Shown in pieces: positions 1 through 11,086 of a DNA stretch of 64,000 nucleotides. The position numbers were made by a program, and so were the translations under genes. Location: positions 76,998 through 140,997 of the forward strand of contig JANQGM010000026.1 of assembly GCA_028277345.1 (NCBI GenBank), in the 5' to 3' direction. This DNA is from Candidatus Bipolaricaulota bacterium (GTDB lineage Bacteria > Bipolaricaulota > Bipolaricaulia > UBA7950 > UBA9294). The stretch's first letter is position 1, and every line of letters begins with the position of its first letter. The notes beneath the pieces were generated by a model. That model was not told the origin of the DNA, ran no database searches, and saw only the letters and a list, made by a program, of their open reading frames with translations.

Positions 1-939
1 CTGAAGCGTGCCGACAGCGAGCATCGAGCAGACCTTCTCTTACTTACGCTGGGGATCCTCGCATTTCTCATTCACAGCCTCGTGAGCTTTCCCGTTCACG
101 TCGTCAGTTCCAGCCTGGCCCTCGTAGTAATCACGGGGATTGCCCTCTCAGCACCCTATGGGGAGTCGCTAACGCTCCACTCGACGCTTCGCTCATGGAA
201 GGCCAAAGGGACGCATCTCTTGATTGCAGCCATAGCGATTGTCATCTCGGTTTTCGCGCTGTCGGATGGCCGCGCGAATTGGCTCATGGAGCGAGGAATC
301 GACCATATTCGGAAAGCTGAGTATTCTGAGGCAGAAAACCTGCTTCTGAAGAGCCTTCAACTCGACTTCTTTCCGCGGCAGACCTACTACTACCTCGCCG
401 TTGCACAAACACAGATCGGGAATCTCCTCGGAGCCGAACGCAACTTCGAACGCGGCGTCCCGCGTTTCAGAAATGCGGAAGTCCTTTTACAATACGCCAG
501 CCTTCTCATCAGAACGGGACAGTTCAGCGATGCCGCCACGCTCCTCGAAACAATTCTCGCCAGCAACCCCAAAGACAGCACAACACGATCAGCCATGCAC
601 CTGCGCGCTCAAGTGCAGAGCCAATCCGGCGACCTCGCTGACGCGATCGAAACCCTGGATACCCTCATCGCAACGTATCCGAGCTACTTCAACGCCTACG
701 TCGACCTTGCCGGTATCTACGTACGCCTCAGTCGCCCTGATGACGCGCGGACGCAGTACTTCCATGCCCTCGCCATTGTCGAACAGCGAATCGCCGATGT
801 TCAGGACGAAATCAATGCGGAGAATCAGACGATGTCTGCCGATCGATTCTTCGTGCTTCGCAACGAACTTGAGGCGTTGATGAATGAGGCGTCCCGCATC
901 GAGAGTCTCCTGAGCAGCCTTTCCTCACCCGCCCCGTGA
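1..939 (+). CDS. 5'-truncated O-antigen ligase-like membrane protein with C-terminal TPR repeats (paralog of the next gene)
   Basis: Frame is open from base 1 (LKRADSEHRADLLLLTLGILAFLIHSLVSFPVH), matching LRAADEDRRADLLLITSGILSILVHGLISFPVH of 1022..3109. Both share LDF.PRQTYYYLA and TPR-like helices. Confidence 0.75.
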   Translation: MKRADSEHRADLLLLTLGILAFLIHSLVSFPVHVVSSSLALVVITGIALSAPYGESLTLHSTLRSWKAKGTHLLIAAIAIVISVFALSDGRANWLMERGIDHIRKAEYSEAENLLLKSLQLDFFPRQTYYYLAVAQTQIGNLLGAERNFERGVPRFRNAEVLLQYASLLIRTGQFSDAATLLETILASNPKDSTTRSAMHLRAQVQSQSGDLADAIETLDTLIATYPSYFNAYVDLAGIYVRLSRPDDARTQYFHALAIVEQRIADVQDEINAENQTMSADRFFVLRNELEALMNEASRIESLLSSLSSPAP

Positions 940-986
940 TCCGCCGCCCGCGCCATCATCCCTAATCTTTCATAGAAAAGGTTGGA

Positions 987-1016
987 TTCACATTGAGAGC
1001 GCAAAGGGCGTATACT
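987..1016 (+). promoter_or_regulatory. sigma70-type promoter, probably leaderless
   Basis: TTCACA-N18-TATACT, 5 nt before ATG 1022, no SD. Confidence 0.5.
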
Positions 1017-1021
1017 GTAGC

Positions 1022-3109
1022 ATGCCAACGAAACCCGGCCTTTCCGATACGAATGGATCACGCGCCCCCGCACCCGAGAAGGTTTCCCTCCTCGCCATTG
1101 CCATCTGCATCATCGTCCTTCCGTTGTTCCTTTGGCCCGGTTTGACCGATTACAATTACGCCAAGTCCATTTTGAGTTTGATCCTTATTCCCCTTGTCTT
1201 GGTGATCTGGAGCGTATCGTGGTGGAAGATGCCGGGGTATTCGCTCAGAGGGCATTGGCTACTTCTGCCACTCGTCGCGCTGGTCGCCGCGGGAGGCCTG
1301 TCGCTCGTTTCCGCCCAGCACGTCCGGATTGCGTTGCAGAGCCTTGCCCTGCTCTTGGTTTTTTTGAGCTTCATGTGGATCGTACTGAACGTTGTACGGA
1401 GTGAAAAAGACGTCCTTTGGCTGCTCGGTTCCCTTCTCGCCGTCGGTGTCGTCATCGCTGCGTATGGGCTGTTGCAGTACCTCGGCCTTCTCGCAGGACC
1501 CTCAGGTCTGAGGAGCAGCACCAGTTCCGCCATCTCGACCCTGGGAAACAAGAATCATGTCGGCGCATTTCTGCTCTATCTGCTTTTTCCTTCCGTGATC
1601 CTTCTCCTTCGAGCGCGGCACGTCTGGTTGAAAGCCGTGATCCTGGGATCCATCACCTTCTCCTATACGATGGTTTTGCTGCTAAGGCAAACGGGGCCAC
1701 GCGTTGTGTTGGCAGGCGTCGCGATCGGATTGGTCGTCGGATGGATGATCTTCCGAACCCGACGTCCGATTCGCGCGAACCGGGGGTGGCTGATCGCACT
1801 GCTAATCGCCGCCATTGCGATTCCGGGTATCGTTCTGATCGCGACGCGCTCGGATCGCGCCTTCATCACATCCACTTCGCTCGGCGAGCTGTGGGAACGT
1901 AACTCCGGGGATGCAAGAACCCAGGACTGGTGGATCGGCGCCGATTTGCTCCTTGAGCATCCGATCACCGGTATCGGCCTCGGCCACTACAAGGTGGAGT
2001 TCTTTCCGTCCAAGGTCACATTCCTCCAAACAGAACGTGGAGGCGTGCATGACACCTATCTTCCCATCGCGGATCAAGCGCACAATGAGTATGTCCAGGT
2101 CGCCTCGGAAATGGGAAGCATCGGCGTCTTGGCTCTGATCGCCGGGCTCGCCTGTTTGGCCGGATCCTTGTGGCGGCGGCTCCGAGCGGCAGATGAGGAT
2201 CGCCGGGCCGATCTTCTGCTTATCACATCGGGGATCCTGTCCATCCTTGTGCACGGATTAATCAGCTTTCCCGTGCACCTTGTCAGCTCAAGTATGATTC
2301 TCGTCTTGCTTATCGGATTAGCGCTCTCCAGCGTCTATGGTGATGACCTCTCGTTTCGCGTCTCCCTGAGCAAACGGAGCGGGCGGATCGTCAGTGTAAT
2401 TCTGGGCGTCGTCTTCCTCGCACTTGGCATCCTAGCCGTGCGGGATGCTCACGCCAATCGACTGATGGAGAGCGGGTATGCGCATTTCCAAGCCGGCCAA
2501 TTCCATGAGAGCGCGCGCCTTCTCACGAAAAGCCTCGCTCTCGACTTTGCCCCTCGGCAAACCTATTACTATCTGGCCATCGCCCAGATTCAGCTTGGGA
2601 AGCTCTCCGAGGCTACGGAGAATCTAGAGAAGTGCTTGACGCGATACGTCAACGAGGCCGTCCTCCTCAACTATGCGAACGTGCTGATCAACACCGGCAA
2701 CTCGCAGCGTGCCATCGACCCTCTTGCGCAACTCCTGGCCAGCCATCCTAGGAACGACATTCAGCGACGCGCCACCTATTTGCACGCCATGGCCATCAGC
2801 CAGATCGGAAACCCTGAAGAGGCCATTGCCACGATTGAGACCCTCATCGAAGCGCACCCCACCTACGATTCCGCCTACTACGGACTGGGCGGCCTACTCG
2901 CCGGACAGGGCCGGATCGAAGAAGCCCGCGCGGTGTACCAACGCGGACTTGAGATCATCGAGCAGGAATTGATCAAGAACCGAGACAAGCTGGCCACCGG
3001 TTCCACGTCATTGTCCCCGGAGCAGATCGGTCGCGCGCAAAACCGAATCGCGAGGCTCGTTGAGCAGCGAGCGCTCTTACAAGAACAGCTCCGCCAGCTT
3101 CCGCGCTAG
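1022..3109 (+). CDS. O-antigen ligase (Wzy_C)/O-oligosaccharyltransferase-like polytopic membrane protein with TPR tail
   Basis: Many hydrophobic segments; STLGNKNH, HPITGIGLGHY and QAHNEYVQ..SEMG.IG motifs typical of Wzy_C; C-terminal TPRs. Confidence 0.8.
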   Translation: MPTKPGLSDTNGSRAPAPEKVSLLAIAICIIVLPLFLWPGLTDYNYAKSILSLILIPLVLVIWSVSWWKMPGYSLRGHWLLLPLVALVAAGGLSLVSAQHVRIALQSLALLLVFLSFMWIVLNVVRSEKDVLWLLGSLLAVGVVIAAYGLLQYLGLLAGPSGLRSSTSSAISTLGNKNHVGAFLLYLLFPSVILLLRARHVWLKAVILGSITFSYTMVLLLRQTGPRVVLAGVAIGLVVGWMIFRTRRPIRANRGWLIALLIAAIAIPGIVLIATRSDRAFITSTSLGELWERNSGDARTQDWWIGADLLLEHPITGIGLGHYKVEFFPSKVTFLQTERGGVHDTYLPIADQAHNEYVQVASEMGSIGVLALIAGLACLAGSLWRRLRAADEDRRADLLLITSGILSILVHGLISFPVHLVSSSMILVLLIGLALSSVYGDDLSFRVSLSKRSGRIVSVILGVVFLALGILAVRDAHANRLMESGYAHFQAGQFHESARLLTKSLALDFAPRQTYYYLAIAQIQLGKLSEATENLEKCLTRYVNEAVLLNYANVLINTGNSQRAIDPLAQLLASHPRNDIQRRATYLHAMAISQIGNPEEAIATIETLIEAHPTYDSAYYGLGGLLAGQGRIEEARAVYQRGLEIIEQELIKNRDKLATGSTSLSPEQIGRAQNRIARLVEQRALLQEQLRQLPR

Positions 3110-3119
3110 TTCGTTTCTC

Positions 3120-3147
3120 TTGAAAGCCCTCCACGGTCTCCTATACT
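3120..3147 (+). promoter_or_regulatory. sigma70-type promoter of secA
   Basis: TTGAAA-N16-TATACT. Confidence 0.55.
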
Positions 3148-3152
3148 GACAG

Positions 3153-5750
3153 GTGATTTCCATGGCCATAGAATCGATTCGACATGCTGTAGAACGTATG
3201 CTGGGACAAACCAATGCTCAGCAGCTCAAGCGATACGAGAAGGAACTGAAGGCCGTCAACGCCCTTGCGGACGCCACGGAAGCGCTGTCGGATGATGCCC
3301 TTCGCGCCAAAGCCGATGAGTTCCGGCAACGGCTTGCCAACGGCGAATCAAAAGCGTCGCTTCGTGCTGACGTCTATGCCGTCGTTCGCGAGGTCGCGTG
3401 GAGAACGATCGGCCTGCGGCCGTTCGATGTTCAGATCTTGGGCGGATTCGCGCTTGACGATCGAAAGATCGCTGAGATGCAAACCGGTGAGGGCAAGACC
3501 CTCGTTGCCACGCTGCCGGCGACGCTCAATGCCCTCGTCGGCAAGGTACATGTCGTGACGGTCAACGACTACTTGGCACGCCGAGACCGCGAATGGATGG
3601 GCCCGGTTTACGAATTTCTCGGCCTGTCCGTGGGACTCCTGCAAGACGGTATGATGCCTGAAGAACGCCAGCCCGCCTACCATGCCGACATCACATTTGG
3701 CACCAACAACCAGTTTGGGTTTGATTATCTGCGTGACAACATGGTCCTTTCCTACGATCGAAAGGTCCAAGGCGCGCTTGACTTCGCCATCGTCGATGAA
3801 ATCGACAACATCTTGATCGATGAAGCGCGCACGCCACTGATCATCTCCGGCTCGGCCGCCGACGCCCTGGACCGCTACCGAAAGTTTGCGGGCTTGGTGA
3901 AGCGGTATCGGCGCGATGAGGATTTCGAGATGGACGAAGAGTCCCGCCGACTGACACTGACGGATGAGGGCATTCGCAAGGCCGAGAACGCCTTATCGGT
4001 TGAGAATCTGTTCGCCCCCGAGCACACCGAAACGCTACACCACATCGAGACCGCCCTTCGCGCCCTTCACTTCTTCAAGAAGGAGCAGCAGTACATCGTG
4101 AAGGATGGCCGCGTCATGATCGTCGATGAGTTCACCGGCCGACTCATGCCCGACCGCCGCTACTCCGACGGCCTGCATCAAGCCATCGAGGCCAAAGAAG
4201 GACTCAAGGTTCAGCGGGAATCGCAAACACTGGCCCAGATCACGCTGCAACATTACTTCCAACTCTATCGTGGGCTGTGTGGGATGACGGGAACCGCCAA
4301 GACGGAAGAAGACGAGTTCAAGCAAATCTATGCCCTGCCCGTTCTTGTGATGCCGACCAATCGGCCGCTTCAGCGCGAAGCAAAGCCCGATCGGATCTTT
4401 CGAACCCAAACCGCCAAGTATCACGCCATTGCGGATGAGGTCGATGTCATGCACCAACAGGGACGTCCTGTCCTCATCGGCACCAACTCCATCGAGATTT
4501 CGGAGAAGCTCTCGTCGCTTCTCACCAAACGGAAGCTCGAACACCATGTTCTCAACGCCAAATACCATGAGAAGGAAGCCGAGATCGTGACTCAAGCGGG
4601 CCAACATGGCGCCATCACGGTGGCGACCAACATGGCGGGACGCGGGACCGACATCAAGCTCGGAGACGGCGTCGCCGATCTTGGCGGACTTCATGTGATC
4701 GGCTGCCAGCGCCATGAATCCCGCCGCATCGACAACCAGCTCCTCGGGAGAGCTGGAAGGCAAGGCGATCCTGGATCATCCCAGTTCTATTTGTCCATGG
4801 AAGATGATCTGTTGCGCGTCTTCGGCGGAGATCGCATCGGCCCATTGATGGATCGGATCGGCATGGAAGAAGGCGAAGCCATTGAGCACAACCTGCTCAC
4901 CAGCGCCATTCGCCGCGCGCAGAAACGCGTTGAGGGCCGGAATTTCGAGATTCGAAAGCGCTTGCTGGAATTCGACCTCGTGCTGTCCCGTCAACGCGAC
5001 GCCGTCTATGCGGTCCGGGACCGCTTCCTCCTTCCCCCTCAGGATCAGGTGGCTGATCAGGTTACCGAGCTTGAAGACGATCTGGATCGCTATCTCGATC
5101 AGCTGTTTGATGAGATCGCCGCCAATCTCGTTTCGGCCTATGTCGTTCCCTCCCGCCCGCAAGACGAATGGAACCTGCACGGCCTGGCTCAAGACCTTTC
5201 CTCCTTTGGAACGATCGCTGAGTCCACATTGGATGGCTGTTCTCCCAAGGACTTGGAATCACTTGCGAGAGAGCATCTGGATGCGGCGCTGGAGAATCAG
5301 AAACGCCGCCTTGGGAAACCCTTCCCCCTTCTTGCACGTTACATGATCCTGCATACGATTGATGAAGCCTGGCGAACGCATCTGTATACCTTGGATGACC
5401 TCAAGGGCGGTATTGGCTGGGCGGCATTCGGCGGGACCGATCCCCTCGTAGCCTTTAAACGAGAGTCATTTACCCTGTTCCAGGATATGCTCGCCCGTGC
5501 CGCCGAGAAGACGTGCCGGTCCCTGCTTAATCCCCGCTTGACGTTGACGAAGAGCCCGACCCCACGCCAACCGGAGCGTCATCTTCGCTATGTCCATCCC
5601 GCCGGTCCCTCGTCCACCGTTTCGTCAACCGCACCTCGTTCAGGGGCGCATGCCGAGGCCCCCATCTCCGCGGGCAAGGAACCCGGACGAAACGACCCCT
5701 GCCCATGCGGGTCAGGTAAGAAGTACAAGAAGTGCCACGGCGCGTCCTGA
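3153..5750 (+). CDS. secA: Preprotein translocase ATPase SecA (start GTG 3153 or ATG 3162)
   Basis: MQTGEGKT, IVDEIDNILIDEARTPLIISG, TNMAGRGTDI, RRIDNQL.GRAGRQGDPG, C-terminal GRNDPCPCGSGKKYKKCHG. Confidence 0.99.
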   Translation: MISMAIESIRHAVERMLGQTNAQQLKRYEKELKAVNALADATEALSDDALRAKADEFRQRLANGESKASLRADVYAVVREVAWRTIGLRPFDVQILGGFALDDRKIAEMQTGEGKTLVATLPATLNALVGKVHVVTVNDYLARRDREWMGPVYEFLGLSVGLLQDGMMPEERQPAYHADITFGTNNQFGFDYLRDNMVLSYDRKVQGALDFAIVDEIDNILIDEARTPLIISGSAADALDRYRKFAGLVKRYRRDEDFEMDEESRRLTLTDEGIRKAENALSVENLFAPEHTETLHHIETALRALHFFKKEQQYIVKDGRVMIVDEFTGRLMPDRRYSDGLHQAIEAKEGLKVQRESQTLAQITLQHYFQLYRGLCGMTGTAKTEEDEFKQIYALPVLVMPTNRPLQREAKPDRIFRTQTAKYHAIADEVDVMHQQGRPVLIGTNSIEISEKLSSLLTKRKLEHHVLNAKYHEKEAEIVTQAGQHGAITVATNMAGRGTDIKLGDGVADLGGLHVIGCQRHESRRIDNQLLGRAGRQGDPGSSQFYLSMEDDLLRVFGGDRIGPLMDRIGMEEGEAIEHNLLTSAIRRAQKRVEGRNFEIRKRLLEFDLVLSRQRDAVYAVRDRFLLPPQDQVADQVTELEDDLDRYLDQLFDEIAANLVSAYVVPSRPQDEWNLHGLAQDLSSFGTIAESTLDGCSPKDLESLAREHLDAALENQKRRLGKPFPLLARYMILHTIDEAWRTHLYTLDDLKGGIGWAAFGGTDPLVAFKRESFTLFQDMLARAAEKTCRSLLNPRLTLTKSPTPRQPERHLRYVHPAGPSSTVSSTAPRSGAHAEAPISAGKEPGRNDPCPCGSGKKYKKCHGAS

Positions 5751-5788
5751 AAACGGATTGGCAAGCTTTTCTCGGTGTATCGCAAGGT

Positions 5789-5817
5789 TTGACAGACTCC
5801 CATTCACACACTACCAT
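5789..5817 (+). promoter_or_regulatory. sigma70 promoter of the hrcA-grpE-dnaK-dnaJ operon
   Basis: TTGACA-N17-TACCAT. Confidence 0.75.
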
Positions 5818-5843
5818 TAGCAGATTCATATGGAGAGTGCTAA
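5817..5843 (+). promoter_or_regulatory. CIRCE operator (HrcA site)
   Basis: TTAGCAGAT-N9-GAGTGCTAA versus consensus TTAGCACTC-N9-GAGTGCTAA, directly upstream of hrcA. Confidence 0.9.
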
Positions 5844-5846
5844 TAC

Positions 5847-6932
5847 GTGATGAAAGGGCTTCCCGAGCGCCAGCGCTTGATCCTCAAAGAGATCGTCGAC
5901 CGCTATATCCGGCTTCATGAGCCGGTCTCTTCACGCATGATCTTGGAGGATTACGGCCTGGAAGTCAGCTCGGCCACCGTTCGAAACGATATGAACGATC
6001 TTGAGGCCGCCGGCTTCATCGCCAAGCCCTACTCATCATCCGGCCGCGTTCCCACCCAGCAGGGCTATCAGTTTTTCGTCGAATGGCTGCTCGATCTCTC
6101 CGAACTGACGCGCGAGGACCGCGTCGAGATTGTTGAGGCCTACGAAACTCAACAGCTGGATGTCGAGCAAACGATGCGCCAGACCGCCTTTCTGCTGGGC
6201 AACATGACCGGCTGCGCCGGGTTTGTCATTCCTCCCCGTCCTGCGGAAACGAAGCTGGAGCGCGTCGTGCTCTTCAAGGTCGCCCATCGGCTGGCGTTTT
6301 TGCTGATCGTTTCCGACATCGGCATCGTCGAGCACGGTTACGTCAATCTCGAAGAGGACCTTTCCCCGGATGAGCTAACGCGCATCATGGCCTTGATCAA
6401 CGAGACCCTGCGCGGCATCCATTTGGCGGATATTCGATCCCTGTCCTTGGAAGACAGCTTGGAAGGCTGGTACGAACGTCCCGTACGGCAAGCCATGCTC
6501 GTTCTCGGCCGGCTGCTTCAGCACCGCATGCACCGTTCGGTGCAATTCGAAGGCTTGCTCAACTTGACTGTGCCATTGCAAAACGTCGTTCCCGAGCACG
6601 CCATGAGCCATTTTTCCCATCTCAGTCGAGCCGTTGAAGACAAATCCGCCTTCATCGACGCCCTGGCCGAAGCCCGACATCAGCGCAAAGGCATCGTGGC
6701 CAGCATCGGCGACTTCCCATTCGAGGGGATGGACGCATTCAGTGTGATTAGTTGTGACTATCGCCCACACGCCGGCATCCTCGGCATCATCGGCCCCTTG
6801 TGGATGGATTACGGACGCGCCCTGTCGACGGCAAGTTATCTAGCGAACCGACTTGAGACGCTCCTGACGCCGTCCCACCTTCGTACTGCGGAGGATTGGA
6901 TCGAATCCGATGAGGAAGCCGCACCGGCGTAG
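5847..6932 (+). CDS. hrcA: Heat-inducible transcription repressor HrcA
   Basis: RQRLILKEIVDRYI...EPVSS, SSATVRNDM.DLE..GFI.KPYSSSGRVPT..GY, GIIGP..MDY. Confidence 0.96.
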   Translation: MMKGLPERQRLILKEIVDRYIRLHEPVSSRMILEDYGLEVSSATVRNDMNDLEAAGFIAKPYSSSGRVPTQQGYQFFVEWLLDLSELTREDRVEIVEAYETQQLDVEQTMRQTAFLLGNMTGCAGFVIPPRPAETKLERVVLFKVAHRLAFLLIVSDIGIVEHGYVNLEEDLSPDELTRIMALINETLRGIHLADIRSLSLEDSLEGWYERPVRQAMLVLGRLLQHRMHRSVQFEGLLNLTVPLQNVVPEHAMSHFSHLSRAVEDKSAFIDALAEARHQRKGIVASIGDFPFEGMDAFSVISCDYRPHAGILGIIGPLWMDYGRALSTASYLANRLETLLTPSHLRTAEDWIESDEEAAPA

Positions 6933-6953
6933 CGCGTGACAACCGGAGGAACC

Positions 6954-7493
6954 ATGTCTGCTAAAGAGAAGAAGAAAATCAAGAAAAACCCCGAGGAATC
7001 TACCTCGACCGATATTCCCGTTGAAGGAACATCAGGGACTGAGATGGAGCTCCGCACAACCGTCGATCGGCTACAGCGATTGCAGGCTGAGTTCGAGAAC
7101 TACAAGAAGCGAGCGCAACGCGAGTCCGCGGTGTTCGCGGATCGGATCGAGGATCGTGTCATCCTCGATTTCCTTCCTCTGTATGACAACCTGCAGCGCG
7201 CATTCCATGCCATGTCTTCAAACCACGATATGGATACATTCGTGGCCGGCATCGAGCAGATCTTCGCTCAATTTCAGCAAGTGCTCGAAGCCAAGGATGT
7301 TCGTCCCATCGATGCGATTGACCAGATCTTTAATCCGGAATGGCACGAAGCCATGCTAAGCGTGCCTTCGGATGCGGCAAAGAACACGGTTATCGAAGAG
7401 TTCATGCCTGGGTACCTAAGAAATGAGCGCGTCCTGCGTCCCAGCAAGGTCTCCGTCAGCCAGGGCCCGCAAAGCAAGGAGGATTCCGAATGA
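6954..7493 (+). CDS. grpE: Nucleotide exchange factor GrpE
   Basis: [23 protein letters not shown]....VLRPSKV; SD GGAGG before ATG 6954. Confidence 0.96.
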   Translation: MSAKEKKKIKKNPEESTSTDIPVEGTSGTEMELRTTVDRLQRLQAEFENYKKRAQRESAVFADRIEDRVILDFLPLYDNLQRAFHAMSSNHDMDTFVAGIEQIFAQFQQVLEAKDVRPIDAIDQIFNPEWHEAMLSVPSDAAKNTVIEEFMPGYLRNERVLRPSKVSVSQGPQSKEDSE

Positions 7494-9349
7494 AAGAAAA
7501 AATCATTGGCATTGATCTGGGTACAACCAACTCTTGTGCCGCCGTCCTTGAGGGAGGGTCGCCCGAAATCATCACCAACGCGGAGGGAGAGCGCATCACG
7601 CCTTCAGTGGTCGCCTTCTCCGAGTCCGGCGAACGCCTGGTCGGCCGGCTGGCCAAGCGTCAGGCCATCACCAACCCACAGAATACGATCGCATCGATCA
7701 AACGAGAGATGGGAACCGATCATCGCGTCAAGATCACGCTCGACGGAAAGACCTCCGACTATTCTCCCGAGCAAATCTCGGCCATGGTTCTTCAGAAGCT
7801 AAAGGCGGATGCAGAAGCCCATCTGGGAGGAAAGGTCACCAAGGCCGTCATTACGGTCCCCGCCTATTTCAACGACTCCCAACGACAAGCCACCAAGGAT
7901 GCCGGCGCCATCGCGGGCCTGGAGGTCACACGCATCATCAACGAGCCCACGGCAGCCGCCCTGGCCTATGGGCTGGATAAGGATCATGAACAGACCATCC
8001 TAGTCTACGATCTCGGTGGCGGGACCTTCGATGTTTCGATCCTTGAGATCGGCGACGGCGTCTTCGACGTTCTCGCCACCGACGGCGATACGCGCCTTGG
8101 CGGAGACGATTTCGACCAACGCGTCATCGACTGGTTGGCCGAAGAGTTTCGCAAGGATACGGGCATCGATCTTTCTCAAGATGCGAGCGCCATGCAACGG
8201 TTGAAGGATGCGGCGGAATCCGCCAAAAAGGAGCTCTCCAGCCGCATGGAAACAACCATCAATCTACCGTACATCACCGCCGATGCCTCCGGTCCGAAAC
8301 ACATGGAGATGAAGCTGTCCCGCGCCAAGTTCGAGGCCATGATCGATGACCTGCTCCAGCGAACGATCAACGTGGTCGATGCCACGCTCAGGGAATCCGG
8401 CAAGGACTCGACCACCATCGACCAGGTCGTCCTCGTCGGAGGCTCGACGCGCATTCCCAAGGTCCAAGAACTGATCTCCAGCCGCATTCCCGGCAAGATC
8501 AACCGCGAGATCAACCCGGATGAAGTCGTCGCCGCCGGCGCCGCCATCCAGGGAGGCGTCTTGGCTGGCGAAGTGGACGAGATCGTTCTTCTCGATGTCA
8601 CCCCGCTGACCTTGTCCATCGAAACGCTCGGAGGCATTGCCACACCGCTCATCGAGCGCAACACGACCATTCCGACCGAGAAATCGAAGACCTTCACCAC
8701 GGCCGAAGACAATCAGCCCGCCGTTCAGGTACACGTCGTCCAAGGTGAGCGAAAGATGGCATCGGACAACAAGTCGCTGGGAACGTTCCAATTGGCCGGC
8801 ATCCCACCGGCGCCACGCGGCATCCCACAGATCGATGTGACCTTCAACATCGACGCCGATGGAATCCTTCATGTCACCGCCAAGGACAAGGCCACCAGCA
8901 AATCGGCCTCAATCACCATTCAAGACTCGTCTCGGTTGGATGACAGTGAGATCGAGCGTATGCGCAAGGAAGCGGAAGCCCACGCTGATGAGGACAAGGA
9001 GAAGGCTGAACTCATCGAGGTCCGCAATCAGGCCGATCAGCTCATCTATGCGGCGGAGAAAGCGCTCTCCGATCTTGGGGAGAAGGTCGACTCGGCCAAG
9101 CGGTCGGACGTCGAGGATCACGTCCGGCAACTGCGCGACAAACTGTCTCAGGACGCCGGGTTGGACGAGTTGAAGGCAGCCATGGAGAACCTGTCCAAGG
9201 TTTCGCAGGAGATCGCCCAGCAAGCCTATCAAGAGACCCAGCAGGCGAGCGGACAAGGCGAAGACGCCACAACCGCGTCGTCGACCGACGACGCTGCATC
9301 CGAGGATGACGGCGAATACATCGACGCGGAATACGACGAGCAAGCGTAG
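7490..9349 (+). CDS. dnaK: Chaperone DnaK
   Basis: [49 protein letters not shown]. Confidence 0.99.
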   Translation: MKEKIIGIDLGTTNSCAAVLEGGSPEIITNAEGERITPSVVAFSESGERLVGRLAKRQAITNPQNTIASIKREMGTDHRVKITLDGKTSDYSPEQISAMVLQKLKADAEAHLGGKVTKAVITVPAYFNDSQRQATKDAGAIAGLEVTRIINEPTAAALAYGLDKDHEQTILVYDLGGGTFDVSILEIGDGVFDVLATDGDTRLGGDDFDQRVIDWLAEEFRKDTGIDLSQDASAMQRLKDAAESAKKELSSRMETTINLPYITADASGPKHMEMKLSRAKFEAMIDDLLQRTINVVDATLRESGKDSTTIDQVVLVGGSTRIPKVQELISSRIPGKINREINPDEVVAAGAAIQGGVLAGEVDEIVLLDVTPLTLSIETLGGIATPLIERNTTIPTEKSKTFTTAEDNQPAVQVHVVQGERKMASDNKSLGTFQLAGIPPAPRGIPQIDVTFNIDADGILHVTAKDKATSKSASITIQDSSRLDDSEIERMRKEAEAHADEDKEKAELIEVRNQADQLIYAAEKALSDLGEKVDSAKRSDVEDHVRQLRDKLSQDAGLDELKAAMENLSKVSQEIAQQAYQETQQASGQGEDATTASSTDDAASEDDGEYIDAEYDEQA

Positions 9350-9370
9350 GACAAACCAAAAAGGGGCACC

Positions 9371-10468
9371 GTGGCCAAGAAAGACTATTACGAATCGCTC
9401 GGCATCTCGAAAGATGCATCGGATGCCGAGATCAAGCGTGCGTACCGACAGAAAGCCAAGGAATTGCACCCGGATCGGAATCCCGAAAACCGGGCGAAGG
9501 CCGAAGAGGAGTTCAAACGCATTGCCGAGGCCTACGAAGTCCTGTCGGATACGCAAAAGCGCGCGCAATATGACCGCTATGGCCACGCGGGCCCCAGTCA
9601 GGGATTTACGTTCGGGGACTCCGACTTCCACCGTGCGCGCGAAGCCTACAGAGAATTCGGCTTCGGCGGATTTGACGATTTGTTCGACATGTTCTTCCGT
9701 CAAGGAGGACGTGGAGGCGGCGTGCGGCAACAGCGCGTGCTGCGGGGCGAAAGCATCGAGTACAAGCTTCGCATCACGTTGGAGGATGCGGCACATGGCA
9801 CCCGGATGACGATCACCGTCCCCCGAATGGTTCGCTGCGAAACGTGCTCGGGCTCGGGCATGACGCCGGGGTCATCGAAACAGTCGTGTCCAACGTGCGA
9901 AGGTCAGGGTCAGATTCAGTACCGCCAGCAAAGCCTGTTGGGAAGCTTCATCAACGTCCGCGCATGTCCCGATTGTCACGGCGCCGGTGAGATCATTGAG
10001 CAACCGTGCCACAAGTGCCGAGGCTCGGGGCGTGCAAAGGAGAAGAGCAAGATCTCGATCTCCGTTCCCGAGGGCGTCGACAGTGGATCGCGGCTTCGCC
10101 TCAAGGGGCAGGGCAACGCAGGCATTGAAGGCGGCCCCAGCGGTGACTTGTTCATTGTGATTGAACTCATCGAACATCCATCGCTCGTTCGAGATGGACG
10201 CAACATTCACTCCAAAGCCACCGTCAGCTATCCCGAGGCCTCGCTCGGAACGAAGATCGAGGTCGAAACGCTGTGGGGGCCGGAGACGCTGTCCATTCCT
10301 GCAGGAACGCAGCCAGGAACCACCTTCCGCTTGAAAGGAAAAGGGATCAAGAATATCCATCGAGGCGCCGGCCGCGGTGACCACTTCGTGGACATCACGG
10401 TTGAGGTTCCCCGCAAACTCTCATCCAAGCAGAAGAAGGCGCTGGAGTCCTACGCCGAAACCCTGTAG
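9371..10468 (+). CDS. dnaJ: Chaperone DnaJ
   Basis: J-domain with HPD, G/F region, four CxxCxGxG repeats. Confidence 0.98.
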   Translation: MAKKDYYESLGISKDASDAEIKRAYRQKAKELHPDRNPENRAKAEEEFKRIAEAYEVLSDTQKRAQYDRYGHAGPSQGFTFGDSDFHRAREAYREFGFGGFDDLFDMFFRQGGRGGGVRQQRVLRGESIEYKLRITLEDAAHGTRMTITVPRMVRCETCSGSGMTPGSSKQSCPTCEGQGQIQYRQQSLLGSFINVRACPDCHGAGEIIEQPCHKCRGSGRAKEKSKISISVPEGVDSGSRLRLKGQGNAGIEGGPSGDLFIVIELIEHPSLVRDGRNIHSKATVSYPEASLGTKIEVETLWGPETLSIPAGTQPGTTFRLKGKGIKNIHRGAGRGDHFVDITVEVPRKLSSKQKKALESYAETL

Positions 10469-10483
10469 CTCGCCGTCCTGGAC

Positions 10484-11086
10484 CTACAAGTCCCCGGAAC
10501 GGAGCAAATCAGAGAGGATAAGGCGCATGCGCGATAGGGCTTTGGCGCGATGGCTGGCGCGGTTCTTCTCTTCCGACGACATCTCACCCAGTGTTCGATG
10601 TTCGCCTTCAGGGACGAATAGCGGATCGTAGCCGAATCCACCGCCCCCTCTCGGAACGCGCGCGATCGTACCGGCATACGTTCCGCTGGTCATGAACAGT
10701 CGTCCGTCCGGAAGATAGAGGCACGCGACGGTCACGAACTGAGCCGTTCGTTCATCGACTCCCTCTAGCTTCTGTAGGAGCAGGGCGTTGTTGCGCGACG
10801 CATCCGAGGGTTGCCCGGCGAATCGTGCCGAGTAGACGCCGGGCGCACCGTTTAGGGCAGCCACTTCAAGACCCGCATCTTCCGACAACACGGGAAGCCC
10901 CGTTTCCCGTCCAATCGACGTCGCCTTCAGAATGGCGTTTTCGTAGAACGTTGTTCCCGTTTCATCGACATCGGAGAACGGAACCTCCAAAAAAGTAAGG
11001 AGCTCCAGGCCGAGCACATCGGCCAAGAGCCCCTTCGCTTCGTGCATCTTCCCCTCGTTGCGTGTGCCGAGGAGAAGCCGTGTCAT
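10484..11086 (-). CDS. rdgB: Non-canonical purine NTP pyrophosphatase (RdgB/HAM1)
   Basis: [36 protein letters not shown]. Confidence 0.95.
   Translation of the reverse strand: MTRLLLGTRNEGKMHEAKGLLADVLGLELLTFLEVPFSDVDETGTTFYENAILKATSIGRETGLPVLSEDAGLEVAALNGAPGVYSARFAGQPSDASRNNALLLQKLEGVDERTAQFVTVACLYLPDGRLFMTSGTYAGTIARVPRGGGGFGYDPLFVPEGEHRTLGEMSSEEKNRASHRAKALSRMRLILSDLLRSGDL

Noticed and set aside
8176-9796. Long antisense ORFs over dnaK/dnaJ (also over secA, pyrG, phnD and the response regulator)
   Set aside because: Shadow frames of GC-biased conserved genes, with no motifs or RBS
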